DNA of 64,000 nucleotides. It comes from Eledone cirrhosa (lineage: Eukaryota). The DNA lies in the NCBI GenBank assembly GCA_964016885.1, contig OZ024750.1, positions 49,910,001 to 49,974,000 of the forward strand, written 5' to 3'. Below the pieces are notes generated by a model. It was not told the DNA's origin and made no database searches. It was given only the letters and a program-made list of their open reading frames with translations. A program made the translations under genes and the position numbers. This document shows positions 1 through 14,200 of this stretch, piece by piece. Within the stretch, counting starts at the first letter, position 1; each line of letters begins with the position of its first letter.

Positions 1-707
1 CGTTGCCCCATGTCAGATTCTTTCATTTTCATCCATTCGATCATAATTTCATCCTTCAAGTTGGCAAGTTCATTCTCATTCATTTCTTTATCATTTACGA
101 TCTCATTATTTTCATTTGGATTTTCATCCTGAGCATGCACTCCCTCCACTTTTTCGCTCCTTTCTTTAATTTGTTCTGTTGCCAGTGATTCCGCCCCAAC
201 CCTGGGATTCGAAGTGTTACAGTTTACCTCGTTTTCACTGACACATGCTTCATTTTCCCTTCGCTGACTTTGTGCTACTAGCTTGATCTGATCAATTTGT
301 ATATCAGTTAGTAACTTTTTTCTTACAATATTTCTTCCTATATTGGCTAGTTTGTTACTGTCAATATAGCCTCTGTTTTCGGGATGTTTCTTTTTCCAGT
401 TGATATATGTTTGTTCTGTATTCGATGTATTTGATGGGTAGTACATGGCAGTGTAGAAAGCCTCAAGGACTTCTTTATTATCTTCCCTTGACCATTTTTC
501 TCTCTTTTTCTTTGGATTTCTTGGTGGTGAGCATGGAGGGCCAACAGTAGGAGTATTCCGGTTATGGGCGGTCTCCAGCTCCGAAGTGATGGGAAGGTTT
601 GAACCATTAGCTGATTTTTCGACCCCAGTCTGGTTCCTCTCTGAGTGACGCGGCCCTTTTTTACCCGGGTGACGGCCGATCCGGTATGAGATTTTATCAT
701 TAGACAT
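1..707 (-). CDS. N-terminal part of an R4/Dong-type (RLE) non-LTR retrotransposon ORF, running off the left edge
   Basis: Manual translation from ATG at 707 is open to position 1, so the ORF track omits it: MSNDKISYRIGRH...KREKWSREDNKEVLEAFYTAMYY...YINWKKKHPENRGYIDSNKLANIGRNIVRKKLLTDIQIDQIK...IMIEWMKMKESDMGQ. The KWS.E.N...Y...W...L....R.I.....L....I..IK pattern is the N-terminal domain seen in R4/Dong-like ORFs. Confidence 0.7.
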   Translation of the reverse strand, partial: MSNDKISYRIGRHPGKKGPRHSERNQTGVEKSANGSNLPITSELETAHNRNTPTVGPPCSPPRNPKKKREKWSREDNKEVLEAFYTAMYYPSNTSNTEQTYINWKKKHPENRGYIDSNKLANIGRNIVRKKLLTDIQIDQIKLVAQSQRRENEACVSENEVNCNTSNPRVGAESLATEQIKERSEKVEGVHAQDENPNENNEIVNDKEMNENELANLKDEIMIEWMKMKESDMGQ

Positions 708-880
708 TTACTTTATTTTGTCGCGTTTTATCCTTATCCGCCAAGGGGTAATCATTTCGTGTTACCACTTCTAGAACGAGTGTCAACAAAGACTAGAGGG
801 GTCGTTCTCCCCTAGAGACATGGCTATTCCCCGCCGGCCGCCATCCCGCTATTTCTTGGTCACGGGGTTTTCTTTCTGTT
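708..880 (-). promoter_or_regulatory. GC-rich, structured putative 5' UTR of the R4/Dong-type element
   Basis: Lies directly upstream of the ATG, contains a hairpin (ctagggg...cccctctag), and shares TAGTCTTTGT...TTCTAG.AG with 19770-20023. Confidence 0.45.
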
Positions 881-1659
881 GTTTTTTTTTTTTAAATTGT
901 TATTATCATGAGTGGTTCCTTAATGTGAGCATTGCGTGGCTTAAGAATGAAATTATTAATAATTGTCTCCACAAGGCCAGCAATCACCCAGTGCATTACA
1001 ATAATATAATATACTTTTTGTTGTAGTTGGCTGTTATTGTTGTTGGCTATGTCGGTGGTGGTGCCGGGGCTTTTTATATTGTTGGTGAGGAAGGGGTGAG
1101 CCAGCAGTCCCATAATTGTTGATGTAGACGTTTGGCCGGTGGCAAGGTCACCAAGTCAATCTATTTATATCTTTTGCTAGCCTCTCTCTTGTCTAGTGAT
1201 ACCGCCACCTTCCCTTTTCTCTCTCAAGTTAACAGGGGAATAGTGTCAGTAGCATTGAATGAGTGGTGGCGGCGATGATGGATGTGGTGGGGTGGCGGCA
1301 GCGGTGGTGTTGTGGTTACTGATATAGTATCTATGAGTTTGTGTTCGTATGTTTAATATATATTTTTATTATATTTTGTGTTGACATATTCCCGTAAAAT
1401 TTGAATTAAACATTTTTTAAAATTTGAGACAATAATAATAGTAATTATTATTATGATACTGGTGAAATTGCCGTTATCTGGCTGTTATATTTAGTGTGAT
1501 GGGATAGGTAGTGTATCAAGTTTCTGGTGTTGGTAAAATTGAAATTGCTGCTGTTCTATATAGTGTAGACAGAGGGTGTTTTGTTCCATTTATAACCATT
1601 TTCTTTTTTTGAATACAAAATATATAATACAAAATTGAATATTATTATTATTATTATTA

Positions 1660-1883
1660 TTCAAATCCCGCCGAGGTTGACTTTGCCTTTCATCCTTACG
1701 GGGTCGATAAAATAAAGTACCAGTAATGCACTGGGTAATTGCTGGCCTTGTGCCTAAAGTAGAAACAATTATTATTATTATTATTATTATTAATAGTATT
1801 ATTATTATAAAGTACCAGTAATGCACTGGGTAATTGCTGACCTTGTGCCAAAAGTAGTAACAATTATTATTATTATTATTATT
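1660..1883 (+). mobile_element. tRNA-derived SINE, 5'-truncated at the B box, plus a tandem second 3' piece, each with an (ATT)n tail
   Basis: ttcaaatcccgccgaggttgactttgcctttcatccttacggggtcgataaaataaagtaccag...ccttgtgcctaaagtagaaac(aat/att)n; about 10 copies in the window. Confidence 0.85.
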
Positions 1884-4800
1884 GCCGACCTACGTAGGAA
1901 ATCGTATTATCGTGAGCTCCCCAAAGGTTTGTTATTTCAGTTGTTTCAAATTGCCTGTTATGGAATGTTTTTGTTGTTACGTGTTTATAAGTTCACATAT
2001 ATTGCCCTCTGAAAAGGAGACTTAAAAATGTGGGTCCTTGAGCCCGAAATTTAAACTTTAATAATTATCAAACAAAAACTTTCTTTGAAAAAAACATGCA
2101 CGGCTCACAGCCACACAAAGCTGACAGCCTTCCTCACAAACTAACACCGCAGAACAACACTACCATTACTACGTTTGCCAACACTAAAAATATGAGCAGT
2201 GGCAATAATTTAAATTTGTCACATCTAGACTTTCATTTCCGCCATTACCAATAAATGCAGGTGTTAAAGCCGCCGCCCCCACCAGCACCACAGCGACAAC
2301 AGAAACAAAACAAAAATTATTATCTCGAGACATCGAAATGGATTCACCCAGAATCGACTCTTCCACGCCGAACACCATGACACCACCACCACTACCACCA
2401 GCACCACTAAATTAAAAATAACTATAACAAAAATAACAATAACAACAACATCAATGAGAATAACAACAACAATATCAACACCAGCGCAAAACGAAATGTG
2501 TCGTTTGCCAAAGCTGCCAAGAAAAGCGAAATCATCGAGGTAAGCTAGGATGAATTAAATGAAGCCAAGTGTATGGTAAAAAAAGATGGGTACAGGGTCA
2601 GCCTCACTCCCACACATATAATAAATTGGAGCATCGGTGCCTATGCACCGTGCTATATCGGACGATAAACACAAAATAGCGGCGAGTGGAACGGGCATCC
2701 GAATCCCAGATACAAAAAGCTTTGAGACATGTGTGAGCGAAAAAAATCCACATCAGCGTGGGCAGAAAAATGGAACCGTGGACGTATTATTTGGAACCCT
2801 ACATGAAGCCAGAGAAGTTCCCTGGTCCCATTAAGAAGTGACTAATTCACACTCGTCCCAAGCTATTGTGGCCAGAGACTCGTGAACATCAGGGTGACCC
2901 ACGTTCCACCGGCCATCGAAATTCCCTGACTAATCGCTGCCGTCCTCGTCTGCATCGAAGCCAACACCAAGATAATCGAAATAGCGAAAGAAAAGCAGGA
3001 GAACCGGTGCGGATCTAGGATGGAGCTCCTGATCCAAGCGGACCAACAAAGCATTGAGATCTCAGAGGTAATAGACCTCACTGACGGCAGCCACCTCACC
3101 GTAATCGTCGAGGGCAGAAGGCCTAGGTGTGTCGTTTGTGGTGAAGGAACCCACCTAAGGGCTTTCTGTCCTCAGGCTAAAAGGTTGAGGCCACCCATGT
3201 GACTCAAACATCAACACCACCAGCAGCAGAAATGGCAGTAACAACTGTAACAGGAACAACCCCAGCAACAGTAGCAAAACCAACACTACCACCACCCAAC
3301 ACGCCAGAACTAGCACCAGCGGCTACACCATCTGCCACGTCACAACCAAAACCAACGCCTGTGGAGGATTTTCCACTCCCCAACATATCGCAACTGGAGA
3401 CAGATTATGACCACGAGGAGTGGGAAACGGTATCAGGAAAAAAGAAAAAAAGAAAAAGAAACCAAAACAGAAAAATCCTCTTCATTCCCCCTCCAAAAAC
3501 AAAATACAGAGGGAAACAAATAAACTATCAAACAAAAAAGTTAAGACAGATATGCCACCATCCACACCACATCACCAACCCCATCACCACAAACACTAAC
3601 ACCATCATTAACCAACCTGCTCAGGCGTTTTGAACTATCTGACAGGTACCGATTGGATTTCCCGAATGTGCCAATGTGGATTTGGAAAAATCGCATAGGG
3701 TCATCCAGATCATATCTAGATAGAGTATGTTGTAGGGAAATAGATAGATCTAGCATAGGCTATCCACAATTCAAGATAGTCAGCTACACAGACCAGAAGT
3801 TCGTGATCTGTGTGCTTGACTTAGATAGGCTTCATAGACGAGGACCCGCTACTGGAAGCTAAACGCGTCCTTACCAGCGCGCAAGGACTACTGAGACCGG
3901 ATTAGCGAACTAGTTAAACTGGCGTTGACGGGGTACATCGTCAACAACAAGTGGTGGTTTGTTCTGAAAAGAGCGATTAGAATAGAGTCCATTAGGTTTA
4001 GTAAGGCTTTAGCAATAGAGAAAAATAGAGCAGAGGGAGAATTAGTTAGAAAATTAGACGAGGTGCTTAGCAAAGGCATCGCGACCGACGTACTTGCGGC
4101 GAAATTAGCCCTTGACCAATTATTCAATGCCATGCACGAAGGCTGCGTTGTCAGAGCTAGGGTGCGTGCTCTCAGACACGAGGGGACGAAAGCAGTTAAT
4201 TTGGTCCGAGTGTCGGAGGTGTGTCGTGGCAACAAAGCCACGATCCGGTCTTTGGTGGACCACGACAGGCGGATGCTACTCGATCCCGGGCAAATGTGTG
4301 AAGCTTTTCAGCGACACTTCGCACAGCTGTTCGGCGGCAGTGGCGGGCCGGATCGAGGGATGGACGTTAGTGTCTACCTCGATGGACTGCCTCGACGGAC
4401 TGCCGATAACAGCCGCTGAAATATGGGAGGCAATGACTGGCTGCACAAGGGGTAAATCGCCTGGTTTGGATGGTCTGCCCAATGAACTTTACGTACAGAT
4501 TTCAGACTTGTTCGGAGGCCTCTTGGCGGACGTCTACTGCAACTGGCAACAGAACGGGAGAATTCCCAGCTCTGTGAGCCGAGGAGCTGTGAAAGGATCC
4601 GAGCAAGGGGGATAACATAGATAATTTCAGGCCCATAACTCTGCTAAACACAGAGTTCAAGATTTTGGCCAACGTGCCAGCAAAGAGGTTGGCACTTGTC
4701 GTTGGTGGTCTGGTGGGAGAGGCGCAGACAGGCGACATTCCCGGCAGATCCATCCACGACAACCTCCACCTCATGCAATACATCGTAGAGAGGGTAGCTA

Positions 4801-6744
4801 GGGAACCTGACACGGGGAGGTCCTTGATCAATTTAGATTAGTCGAAAGCTTTCGATAGGTTCGACCATCGTTACCTAGCGGGCGGACCTGAGGGCGGCTA
4901 GCTTTGGGCCCGTCTTCAGAGGCTGGGCAGCTGCCATTCACAGCAACATCTGTTCTGTGGTGAGAGTGAACGGTCACCTTTCGGAACCGTAAAACATCAT
5001 GCGCTCGGTCCGCCATGGATGTCCCCTCTCGTCCCTCTTGTACGTATTGACTCTCGAGCCATTACTGCACAAACTGGAGACGTTGAGGGGGATCCCGCGC
5101 GAGCTAGGATGCAGAAGTTCCGTGTCAGCATATGCGGATGATGTCACCGTAGTGGTGTCGAACGCTAAACACATCGAGGCGATCGGCACTACACTAAAAG
5201 AATACGAAGTGGTGACAGGAGCAATGATCAACTAGGAAATATCTGTGGGCCTGCAGCTCGGCACCTGGAGAGGCAGGTCCATGCCGTCTAACAGCGTAGT
5301 CGGGCGCTGGACGGACGGACCGGTTAAATTGCTAGGTCTCTGGTTCGGTCCGGACCTCCAGACGGACAAAAACTGGGACGAGGTGACGAGCAGTGTGGCT
5401 TCTCTCACCCAGAAATGGGCGGAGAGGAAGCTATCCCTGAAAGGTCGAGCGGAGGTGGCTAACGCGTACATCGCGTCCGTCATCGACTACCGCCTGACCG
5501 TCGTAACTTGTCCTAAGCCCTGCCTAACTGCGCTGGAGCGTTTGCTCTTTCGCTTTTTGTGGAAGGGACGCGCTCCGATGGTCAGGCGGTCCATCTGCGG
5601 TCAACACCCGCTACCTGGAGGGCTGGGCATGCCGCGGCTGATGATCCGCAGACACGCGCTCAGGCTACGACATCTCCACCTCTTCCTCAACGGTGATCAG
5701 GTGTGGTCGCCGTTTGCTAGACACGTCTTTTCCCGGCTCGTCTCCTTGACGGAACTGCAGTCCTGGGTCAAGCGAAGACCGAGAGGGAGCGCTTGTAGAC
5801 TGGAATGTCTTCATGCGCTCACAGCCCTCCACTAATCGGGCAATGTGATCGGTGGAAACTCCACTTTGGCGTTCTATAGAGGATTAGTGGAGGGGAAGAG
5901 CGACGACGTTCTTGGAGAAACTCTAGGCGTCGACGAAAATCAAATAGCCAATCTTTTCGGAAGAACTTTCGGGCCGGGGCCTATGGACAACTTCCAGAAA
6001 TCCCCTGCCTGGCAGTGCTACCGAGGAGCTTTGCCAGTTCGGGATAAACTCTACAGGCATGGAGATACCGTCAGCCGGGCTTGTCCGAGATGCGCGCAGG
6101 GCGACGCAACCGTCCTGCCCGCACTCGTCCAGTGTCCGAGCATTGCTGACTTGTGGGTTTATGTCGAACACCTGCTGTCGCGCGTAGGACGGATCTAGCT
6201 ATCAGCTGAATCCATCGTGAGAATTGCCCCGCCTTCTTCCTTTAGCCGGGAAGGGCAGGCAGTGTTCATCTGTCTGGTGGCCATGGCGAAATAGATAGTA
6301 TGGTGGACACGTTTGAAAGGGCTGAAGACGAGCACTTACCTCGTCGGTGATGCCCCGATTAACTTTTTTCAAATTTCATTTGAAAAGGAAAATCAGGGTA
6401 GAGAGGGAATTGCTCTCTTCCCAGCATTTTGTTGAAAGATGGGTGAGATATACAAGTATGGCACGAGAGAATGGGCCTAATCTGAGTATGTGTCTGTAAA
6501 TTAAAGGTGGAAAACTGGGAGAGGGCACTTGCCCTGGTGGTCAGGGTCACTGTGGCCTTTTAATGGGCTTTCTCCACAAATGTCCTTCTGAAGTCTCCCT
6601 CCTATTGGGGAATTTTTCCGTGTTATTTTTATTACATCCTCTGTTTTTTTTACACGCAGAAATGCCCATTTGTACCGTCCTGTATTGTCCTGTACTGTCC
6701 TTAATGTCTACTTTATGTAAACCCTTGTGGTTAATAAAGAAATC
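1884..6744 (+). mobile_element. Tx1-clade (L1 group) LINE copy 1, both ends present, degenerate, internal deletion at about 3612
   Basis: ORF1 zinc knuckle CVVCGEGTHLRAFC; APE C-terminus (SYLDRV...TDQK); RT motifs KSPGLDGLP, FRPITLLN, VRHGCPLS, AYADD; C-terminal CPRC; many stops and frameshifts; (ATT)n on both sides; collinear with 51149-56891. Confidence 0.9.
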
Positions 6745-6792
6745 ATTATTATTATTATTATAATTATTATTATAATTATTAATATTATTATA

Positions 6793-6945
6793 GGGCGGTG
6801 AATTGGCAGTATCGGTAGAACGTCCGATACCATGCTTTGCAGCATAGAGTTATGGCCCTTTTACGATTTGATTTCAATTACCTCCGCGGTTAACTTTGCC
6901 TTTATCGGGGACGATAAAATAATGTACCATTAATACAGTGGGATA
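6793..6945 (+). mobile_element. SINE copy with A box, diverged
   Basis: gggcggtgaattggcagtatcggtag... A box TGGCAGTATCGG and the same core as other copies. Confidence 0.75.
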
Positions 6946-6959
6946 ATTACATGATAGTG

Positions 6960-8725
6960 TAAACTTGGCTTCAGTGGGTCTTCAGATCTATTTAGATTAA
7001 TCGCAAGCATTCGATAGGGTTCACCATCGATAGTTGGAGGTAGTCCTGAAGGCAGCTGTCTTCGGTCCCATCTTCAGAGGCTGGATCGCTGCAATGCACA
7101 GCGGATCTGCTCTGTGGTCAATGTAAATGACCATCTTTCGGTATTATTTCAGATCCTCTGATCTGTCCGTCAAGGGTATTCTCTCTTCTCCATTCTTAAA
7201 TTCTGTATGAGTTGACTCTCGAGTCTTTACTGCAGAAACTGGAACTCTGGCAAGGTATACGGGATGCGGAAATGATATATCGGCATATGTAGACAACATC
7301 ACCGTGATGGTGTCGAACATCTGGAAAATTAAATTGGTCGCCACCTGATTGCAGGAATACGAAATTTTGACGGAAGCAAAACTGAACTCGGAAAATTCGG
7401 TGCGCTTGCAGCTCGACACCTAGAGAGATATGTCCTTTCTATCCAACTAGTTCTTCGGCAGCTGGACGGACGGACTGGTAAAGTTGCTCTGGGTATGTTT
7501 CTGACCAGACTTCCAAATGGCTAAGAATGGGGACACGGTAACGATCAGGTTAGCCACTCTCACCCAGAAATGGGCCGGGAAGAGCTGAGCCTGAAAGATC
7601 TGGTGGAGATGACAAACGTGTACCTCGCCTCCGTCACCTATTACCGCTGGATGTAGTGCCTTGCCAAATTGGAACTGCTCTTATTCAACGTCTTGTTGTG
7701 AGGACAGGGTCCGTTGGTGTGTTGGTCCATCTGTTGTAAGTACCCTCTACGTGCAGGGCTAGGTATGCCGTGGCTAATGATGCACAAACTTGAGGTGTGG
7801 TTGCGGGATCGGCAGATGTCTGCCTCAAAAGTGAAGAAATGTGGTCACCGTTTGTCAGCTTGTTTGTCTCTTTGACCGAGCGGCAGTCATGTATCAAGTA
7901 GACCACCTGGCATCTAGAATGTTGCCAGACGCTCACTGACCTTTACCCTCTATCAAAGTATATAGATGATTAGAGATGGGCAAGTGCAACGAGGAGGACT
8001 TTGGAGCAGAGGGCTATGGATAAATTCCAGAAATCTCTCGCTTGGCATGGCTACTGGGGGCACTGACGGTTCAAGATAAACTCTACTGGCATGGAAGTGC
8101 TGTCAGACAGACAAGCTCAAGATGTGCGCAGAGCGACGAAACCGGGCTGTACGCATTCGTCCATTGTCCGTGCATTACTGACTTTTGGAGTTATGTCGAA
8201 TAGCTGCTGTCACGTGCAGGAGGTAACCGGATATCGACCGAGTCCATAGCGAAGATAACCTCACTGCCTTCTTTTGGCCGGGAAGGGCATTGCATGTCTC
8301 CTGTATCTTGTGGTGGTAGCGAAAGATTCTGTGTGGTGGATCAGGTCGAAAGGATTAAAGATAGACACTTTCGGCCAATCCCGCATCAACGTGTTCCCGT
8401 TTCTCATCGAAGGGGAGGTGAGGATAGAGATAAAAGTGTTGCCCCCAAGTACATTTGCTAAAAGGTAGGTGAATGTTGTGAGAATGGCCCGTGTGAATGG
8501 GCCTACTCTGAGTATCCCTCTGTAAGATTGTTAATTTGAGGGGCTGAAGCGTAGGCGTGGTTCAGGATTAGTGGTGTACCTGAATCGTCCCTGGGTGGTT
8601 CGCCCTCATTTGGGGATTGCTTTTCTTAATAATTTTTACTCGACTCTATTGTAAACCCCACTGTCCTTGTCTTTGTATTTTCCCCTATATATCGGCCCCT
8701 GTGGCCAATAAATGAAACCATTATT
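6960..8725 (+). mobile_element. Older, 5'-truncated Tx1-clade LINE (RT to 3' end), heavily decayed
   Basis: Collinear nucleotide similarity to about 4830-6744 (aagcattcgataggg, ctggacggacggac, ctcacccagaaatggg, ttccagaaatc); ends ccctgtggccaataaatgaaaccattatt. Confidence 0.8.
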
Positions 8726-8999
8726 TTTTGTTGTCTTCACCCTTACCAGTACCTTTATTTTATTATATTTTATTCTTATTCTTCTCCCACATTCATTTCT
8801 CACTCGAATAATTATTTTTTTTAATTTCTCTTTTTTTTTTTACTTGATGTCTCAGTCAATGATGTTTTTCAAATGGAATAATTGCCCGAATGAATATTAA
8901 GCTGCTATCCGTAGCTTCAGATATTCAGGACATATCAGAGGGTCCTTGGCTTTCTAAGTAAGCATGCCTTTTTAAGTCTTCCAAAACAGCGGGGTGGGA

Positions 9000-10010
9000 T
9001 GATGGTCTTCAGCCAGCTTTGGAAACTCTTCGAGATAAAACCCGTTTTGCTTCCCGGGTAGGTAGAACAGATGTATTTGATACATATTCCATCGTGCTTT
9101 CATTGAGCTAGGGACCAACAAGAGCATCTGCTGTCTAGAGAGTTGTGAAGAAGTCTTGGGTATTCCCAGTTTAGTCTGAGAAAATAGCAACGCCATCTGC
9201 AAAGTGAAGATCTGTAAGATTTTTAAAGAAATGTTTTTAGCTGACTCGATGTTTCATGGTTATGCACTCTCGGTGCTGATAACTAGAGAGATTGTAAGAG
9301 CATAATCAAGGGTTATGAAGTAAAGAAATGATGCACATGTCTCTCTTTGAAACACACATGCAGAGATGTCAAAGAATATATGTTGGCCATCTTGAGAAAT
9401 TATAATTGCACTCTATATTTTTTATAGAGTCTCTCAATTGCTTTCAATAACAACGGTGGAATGCCATATAAAGGAAGGATTTGGAAATGGACACTTCTGT
9501 TTATGGACTCAAAGTCTTTACGAGATTTCCCCCAAAGCAATAGATTTTTCACTGCTGGAATTTATTTTTAGGCCCAGAATTTAAAGAAGGTTAGATCTGT
9601 GTCGTCTTCAACAGTTTGGTTGATACAAAGGTGTGGATCAACGGATAGTAAAAGGCGGTTTTGAATTCGTTTGTGATGAACTTTGACTGAATTTGGATTC
9701 ATTAAAATTGTTCCAACAATTTGATTGGAGAAGTCACCTTCCTTAGGAATGAGGAGTGTCGGCGTTAAGTCGTCGTAAGGATACAGAAGGTGAGCCTAAG
9801 ATCTCAAAACATATGGCCATGAAATCTGGGACCAGCTCAAAGCCTTTACAAATCATGCTGGGAATATTGTCAAAGAGACGTTTTTATCTGCCGTATGCTC
9901 CATACAGAGCAGCATGTCTCGAGGATCTGACGCTGGAAACTGTTCTCTTACTAGCCTCAGAAAGACCAGCTAAAGCAGGGACTGCCTCTCGATGCAAATT
10001 ATTGAACATG
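9000..10010 (+). pseudogene. Possible decayed DIRS-like tyrosine-recombinase retroelement fragment
   Basis: ORF 9756-10028 contains PYRAACLEDLTLETVLLLASER, resembling the DIRS1 YR segment PL....L..LTLKT.FLLALAS.RR; the rest is not recognisable. Confidence 0.3.
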
Positions 10011-10173
10011 CTCTATTTTGATATATAAACGCAAATGTATATATATATATATATATATGTATCTGTGTGTGGGGTGGGGGTGTACGTGTGTGTATGTGTG
10101 TGTGTGCGCGCACGTGTATGTGGGTGTGTGTGTACTTGTATATATGTGTGTGCGTGCGTATGAATATATATAT

Positions 10174-10400
10174 ATAGGAAAATGTTTAACCCCGACAGCA
10201 GAGCTCTGCCGTCGGGGTTAAACATGTTCCTATTACCCACTCTACTACCCTAAGTATTGAGTGCTCTGGTGCGGCACTTTATTTCACGTTGCTCCTTCTA
10301 CCTGGAGTTGCGATCGATAGATAGTATTAGCAATTGGAAAGAACAACGGAAACATTTTTCCCTCGGTCCGATTTGACGAAAGTCGATCGTTCCTTTCTAT
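10174..10400 (+). repeat. Asymmetric hairpin element family A, copy 1
   Basis: A 60-bp near-perfect palindrome (10174-10233, centre GAGCTC) followed by the tail tacccactctactaccctaagtattgag; homologues at 22574 and 43367; follows (TA)n. Confidence 0.8.
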
Positions 10401-10418
10401 ATATATAGAGAGAGAGAG

Positions 10419-11270
<852 letters not shown>

Positions 11271-11281
11271 TTATATATATT

Positions 11282-11322
<41 letters not shown>

Positions 11323-11995
11323 AGAAATGAACAATTTGGCTGAGTAGATTCTGTTTCAAGCTTCATTAATACGATTGCTAGCACTAGGCATGGAAACTTT
11401 TTACAATAGGGGATTCCTGATATGAAAGCGTTCGCAAAAGTGAAACTTTATACTTCATCAGAAGATTGGCTTGCGTATTTATGTGATGTAGAATAACTTC
11501 ATATTCCTGCATTACTTTGTAGTCGCAGTACCATGAGTGCAATATAACCATTTAATGATGATACTCACGTTCAATGAAATGCGAGGAATCGAAGAATGTT
11601 TCCTTTAGATCCATCCACTCCATTTATCTACAAATGCAATGTGAAGCAGAAATCTATTTTAAGCATAGCATTCCACATTCAAAGGTAGAATCAACTAATG
11701 TATATTAATCCACCAAGTCGTAGGTTCACCACTTCAAACTGCGTACTTAATATACGACATCGTGGTTTCATAATACGAAACTAAACGCGATATATATTTA
11801 TTAATACTTAGTCTCTTCAAACATGTATAAAAGTAATAAAGTGTAGATCGAAGGGATAATAGACAAAGCATCAGACAAGGGACACTGAGGGTAAAATCAT
11901 ATATAAAAGCATGCATATATAGACACGCACATACATACATACGTATATAGATACAAAAGTACCCACATACATATCTACATGCATACATACATACA

Positions 11996-14129
11996 CCAGG
12001 AAGAGACATGATTGTAGGCTACTTGTACAAAAAACTAATATTCTATCGGAGGTATCTTACTGCCTTCTACAAACAAGTTCTTAAGGGATATACACTTATA
12101 CCAGAATAGTTGACATTAGCACAAACGTTACTGGTCCCCAAGAACAAAGACACCCACTTGGCAAAAAATACCGAACCATTGCATGCGGGATCCTGATGTA
12201 TAAGATGTATACAGCCTGCCTGAACCTATTCCTCCAAGATCACTGTGAAAATAATAACACCATCACAGATGAACAAGCAGCTGGAAAGAAAAGGGTTTGG
12301 GGATGTGCTGAACAACTCCTAATCAACAAAACTGCGATATCGGAGTTGCGACAACTTAGGAGGAATATGACTACAGTCTGGCTGGACTACAGGAAAGCTT
12401 TCGATTCTGTTCCCCACTCTTGGATGATAGAGGCCCTCCAACTTGCTAACGTCACAGACATTATTGTCAGAGCCATTGAGAGGCTCTCTTCTTCTTGGGC
12501 TACTATCCAAGGGTTAAAGACAGAGAGGGGGGACTCTATTTTCACTGATAAAATAAAATATTGCAGGGGTATCTTTCAGGGGGACAGTCTCTCTATGATA
12601 TAATTCATGTTGTCATTAAACCCCTTGTCCTTTCTGCTCAAGAAATGTGAGGTATACATCATTGGCTCACAGGAGGACAGAAATACGAATCTAACCCATA
12701 ACTTCTTTGTGGACGATCTGAAACTCTATGCCAAGAACATTGATGGGATGAAGAAAAATATTGACCTGGTTACAACGTTCTCAAAGGATATAGGAATGGA
12801 GTTTGGCCAAGATAAATGCTCATATAAAGCGAGGAAAAACAACAACCCAATCTAGCAACATGTTCATCAATGGTCAAATTGTTTCAGCGATATCTGATGA
12901 GGACTGCTACAGATACCTGGGGATAGGTGAGAACATATCCTATAATGGTATCTGTAATAAAGAAAGCGTAACCAGGTAATACTACACCCGATTAAGAAAG
13001 ATCTGGTCATCGGAACTCTCTGCGCAAAACAAAACAGTGGCTCATAATGTGGTTGCTCTGCCTGTCCTAACACCAACGTCTGGAATGCTCAATTGGACGA
13101 TAGACGAAATCCGAGCAGTTGATGTTGGAACTCGAAATATAGTGAACAACACCGGAAACTTCCACATCAACAGTGACATAGACCACCTTTACTTGAAACG
13201 TAAGCAGGGAGGCAGAGGCCTAAGATCAGTCCAGATAACATTTGAATGTCGCATCATATCTCTCCGACAACATCTACCAACCTCGAAGCGTAGGAGCCCG
13301 CTTCTCGAGCAAGTTTTCTGCATGAAACAGATAATATCATGAGAGTTGAGAAGGATCTCCTTGAGAGATATTCCCTGTGTGATAATCAAAAACTCACACC
13401 CAGGGATGTCGCTCAGTAGTATCGCAGTGAATCCATGAATGAAAAACTGCATGCCTATCAGCAAAAAATCATGCATGGATATGTTGCCAGGAGGCTCCAG
13501 AGTGAGAGTAATAAATATTAAGGAAAGTAGTCTATCTTGGACCAACAACCACTATATTGGCTCCCACTTTGAAGGATACGCTTTAGCAATCCAAGAAAAG
13601 GAGATTAGCTGAAATACCTGATTCACAAAAGAGATAGGAATGCAGGCAAAACACCTAGATGTGATAACAAGTGCAGACTCTGCAGAACTAACATCGAAGA
13701 TATCACCCATGGCATCTGTAGCTGTCCAAAGATGTCATCGCGGTACTATCTACCTATCAGGCATGATGTAGTGGCCAAAACACTGTACAATGCAATCCGT
13801 AGAAAAGATGGCCTCGATAATAAACACATTAAAAGCTACAGCAATGTGGAAGACATACATATACATAATATGAAACAGTACTGGTGGAATGTTCCCGTAC
13901 AAACCCCAATAAAATGCAAACATAACAGACCAGATATAATTATATAGGACAGGAAAAAGAAGGCATACAGAGTAGTGCAGATTAGCTACCCAACAGATGC
14001 CAATATAAAATCGAAGATTAGCGAAAAGCAGAATATCTATGCAGAACTAATGAGAAAGTCTTGTTACTATGTTAGAAACCGACTCGCTCTCTATTGGCAA
14101 AGATTTGTGAAATTATAAAACCAGAAGAA
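11996..14129 (+). mobile_element. R4/Dong-type RLE LINE, 5'-truncated, degenerate, bounded by (CATA)n
   Basis: RT motifs DEQAAGKK, WLDYRKAFDSVPHSW, RGIFQGDSLS, FVDDLKLY, LYLKRKQGGRGL; CCHC (CRLC...H....C); RHD and HNRPDI RLE motifs; several stops. Confidence 0.88.
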
Positions 14130-14200
14130 CATACATACATACATACATACATACATACATACATACATACATACATACATACATACATACATACATACAT
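14130..14200 (+). repeat. (CATA)n microsatellite; further arrays at 14711-14803, 15421-15480, 20490-20520, 20826-20850
   Basis: Read directly from the sequence. Confidence 0.97.

Noticed and set aside
347-700. 117-aa minus ORF in the track
   Set aside because: It is an alternative frame overlapping the R4-like frame that starts at 707.
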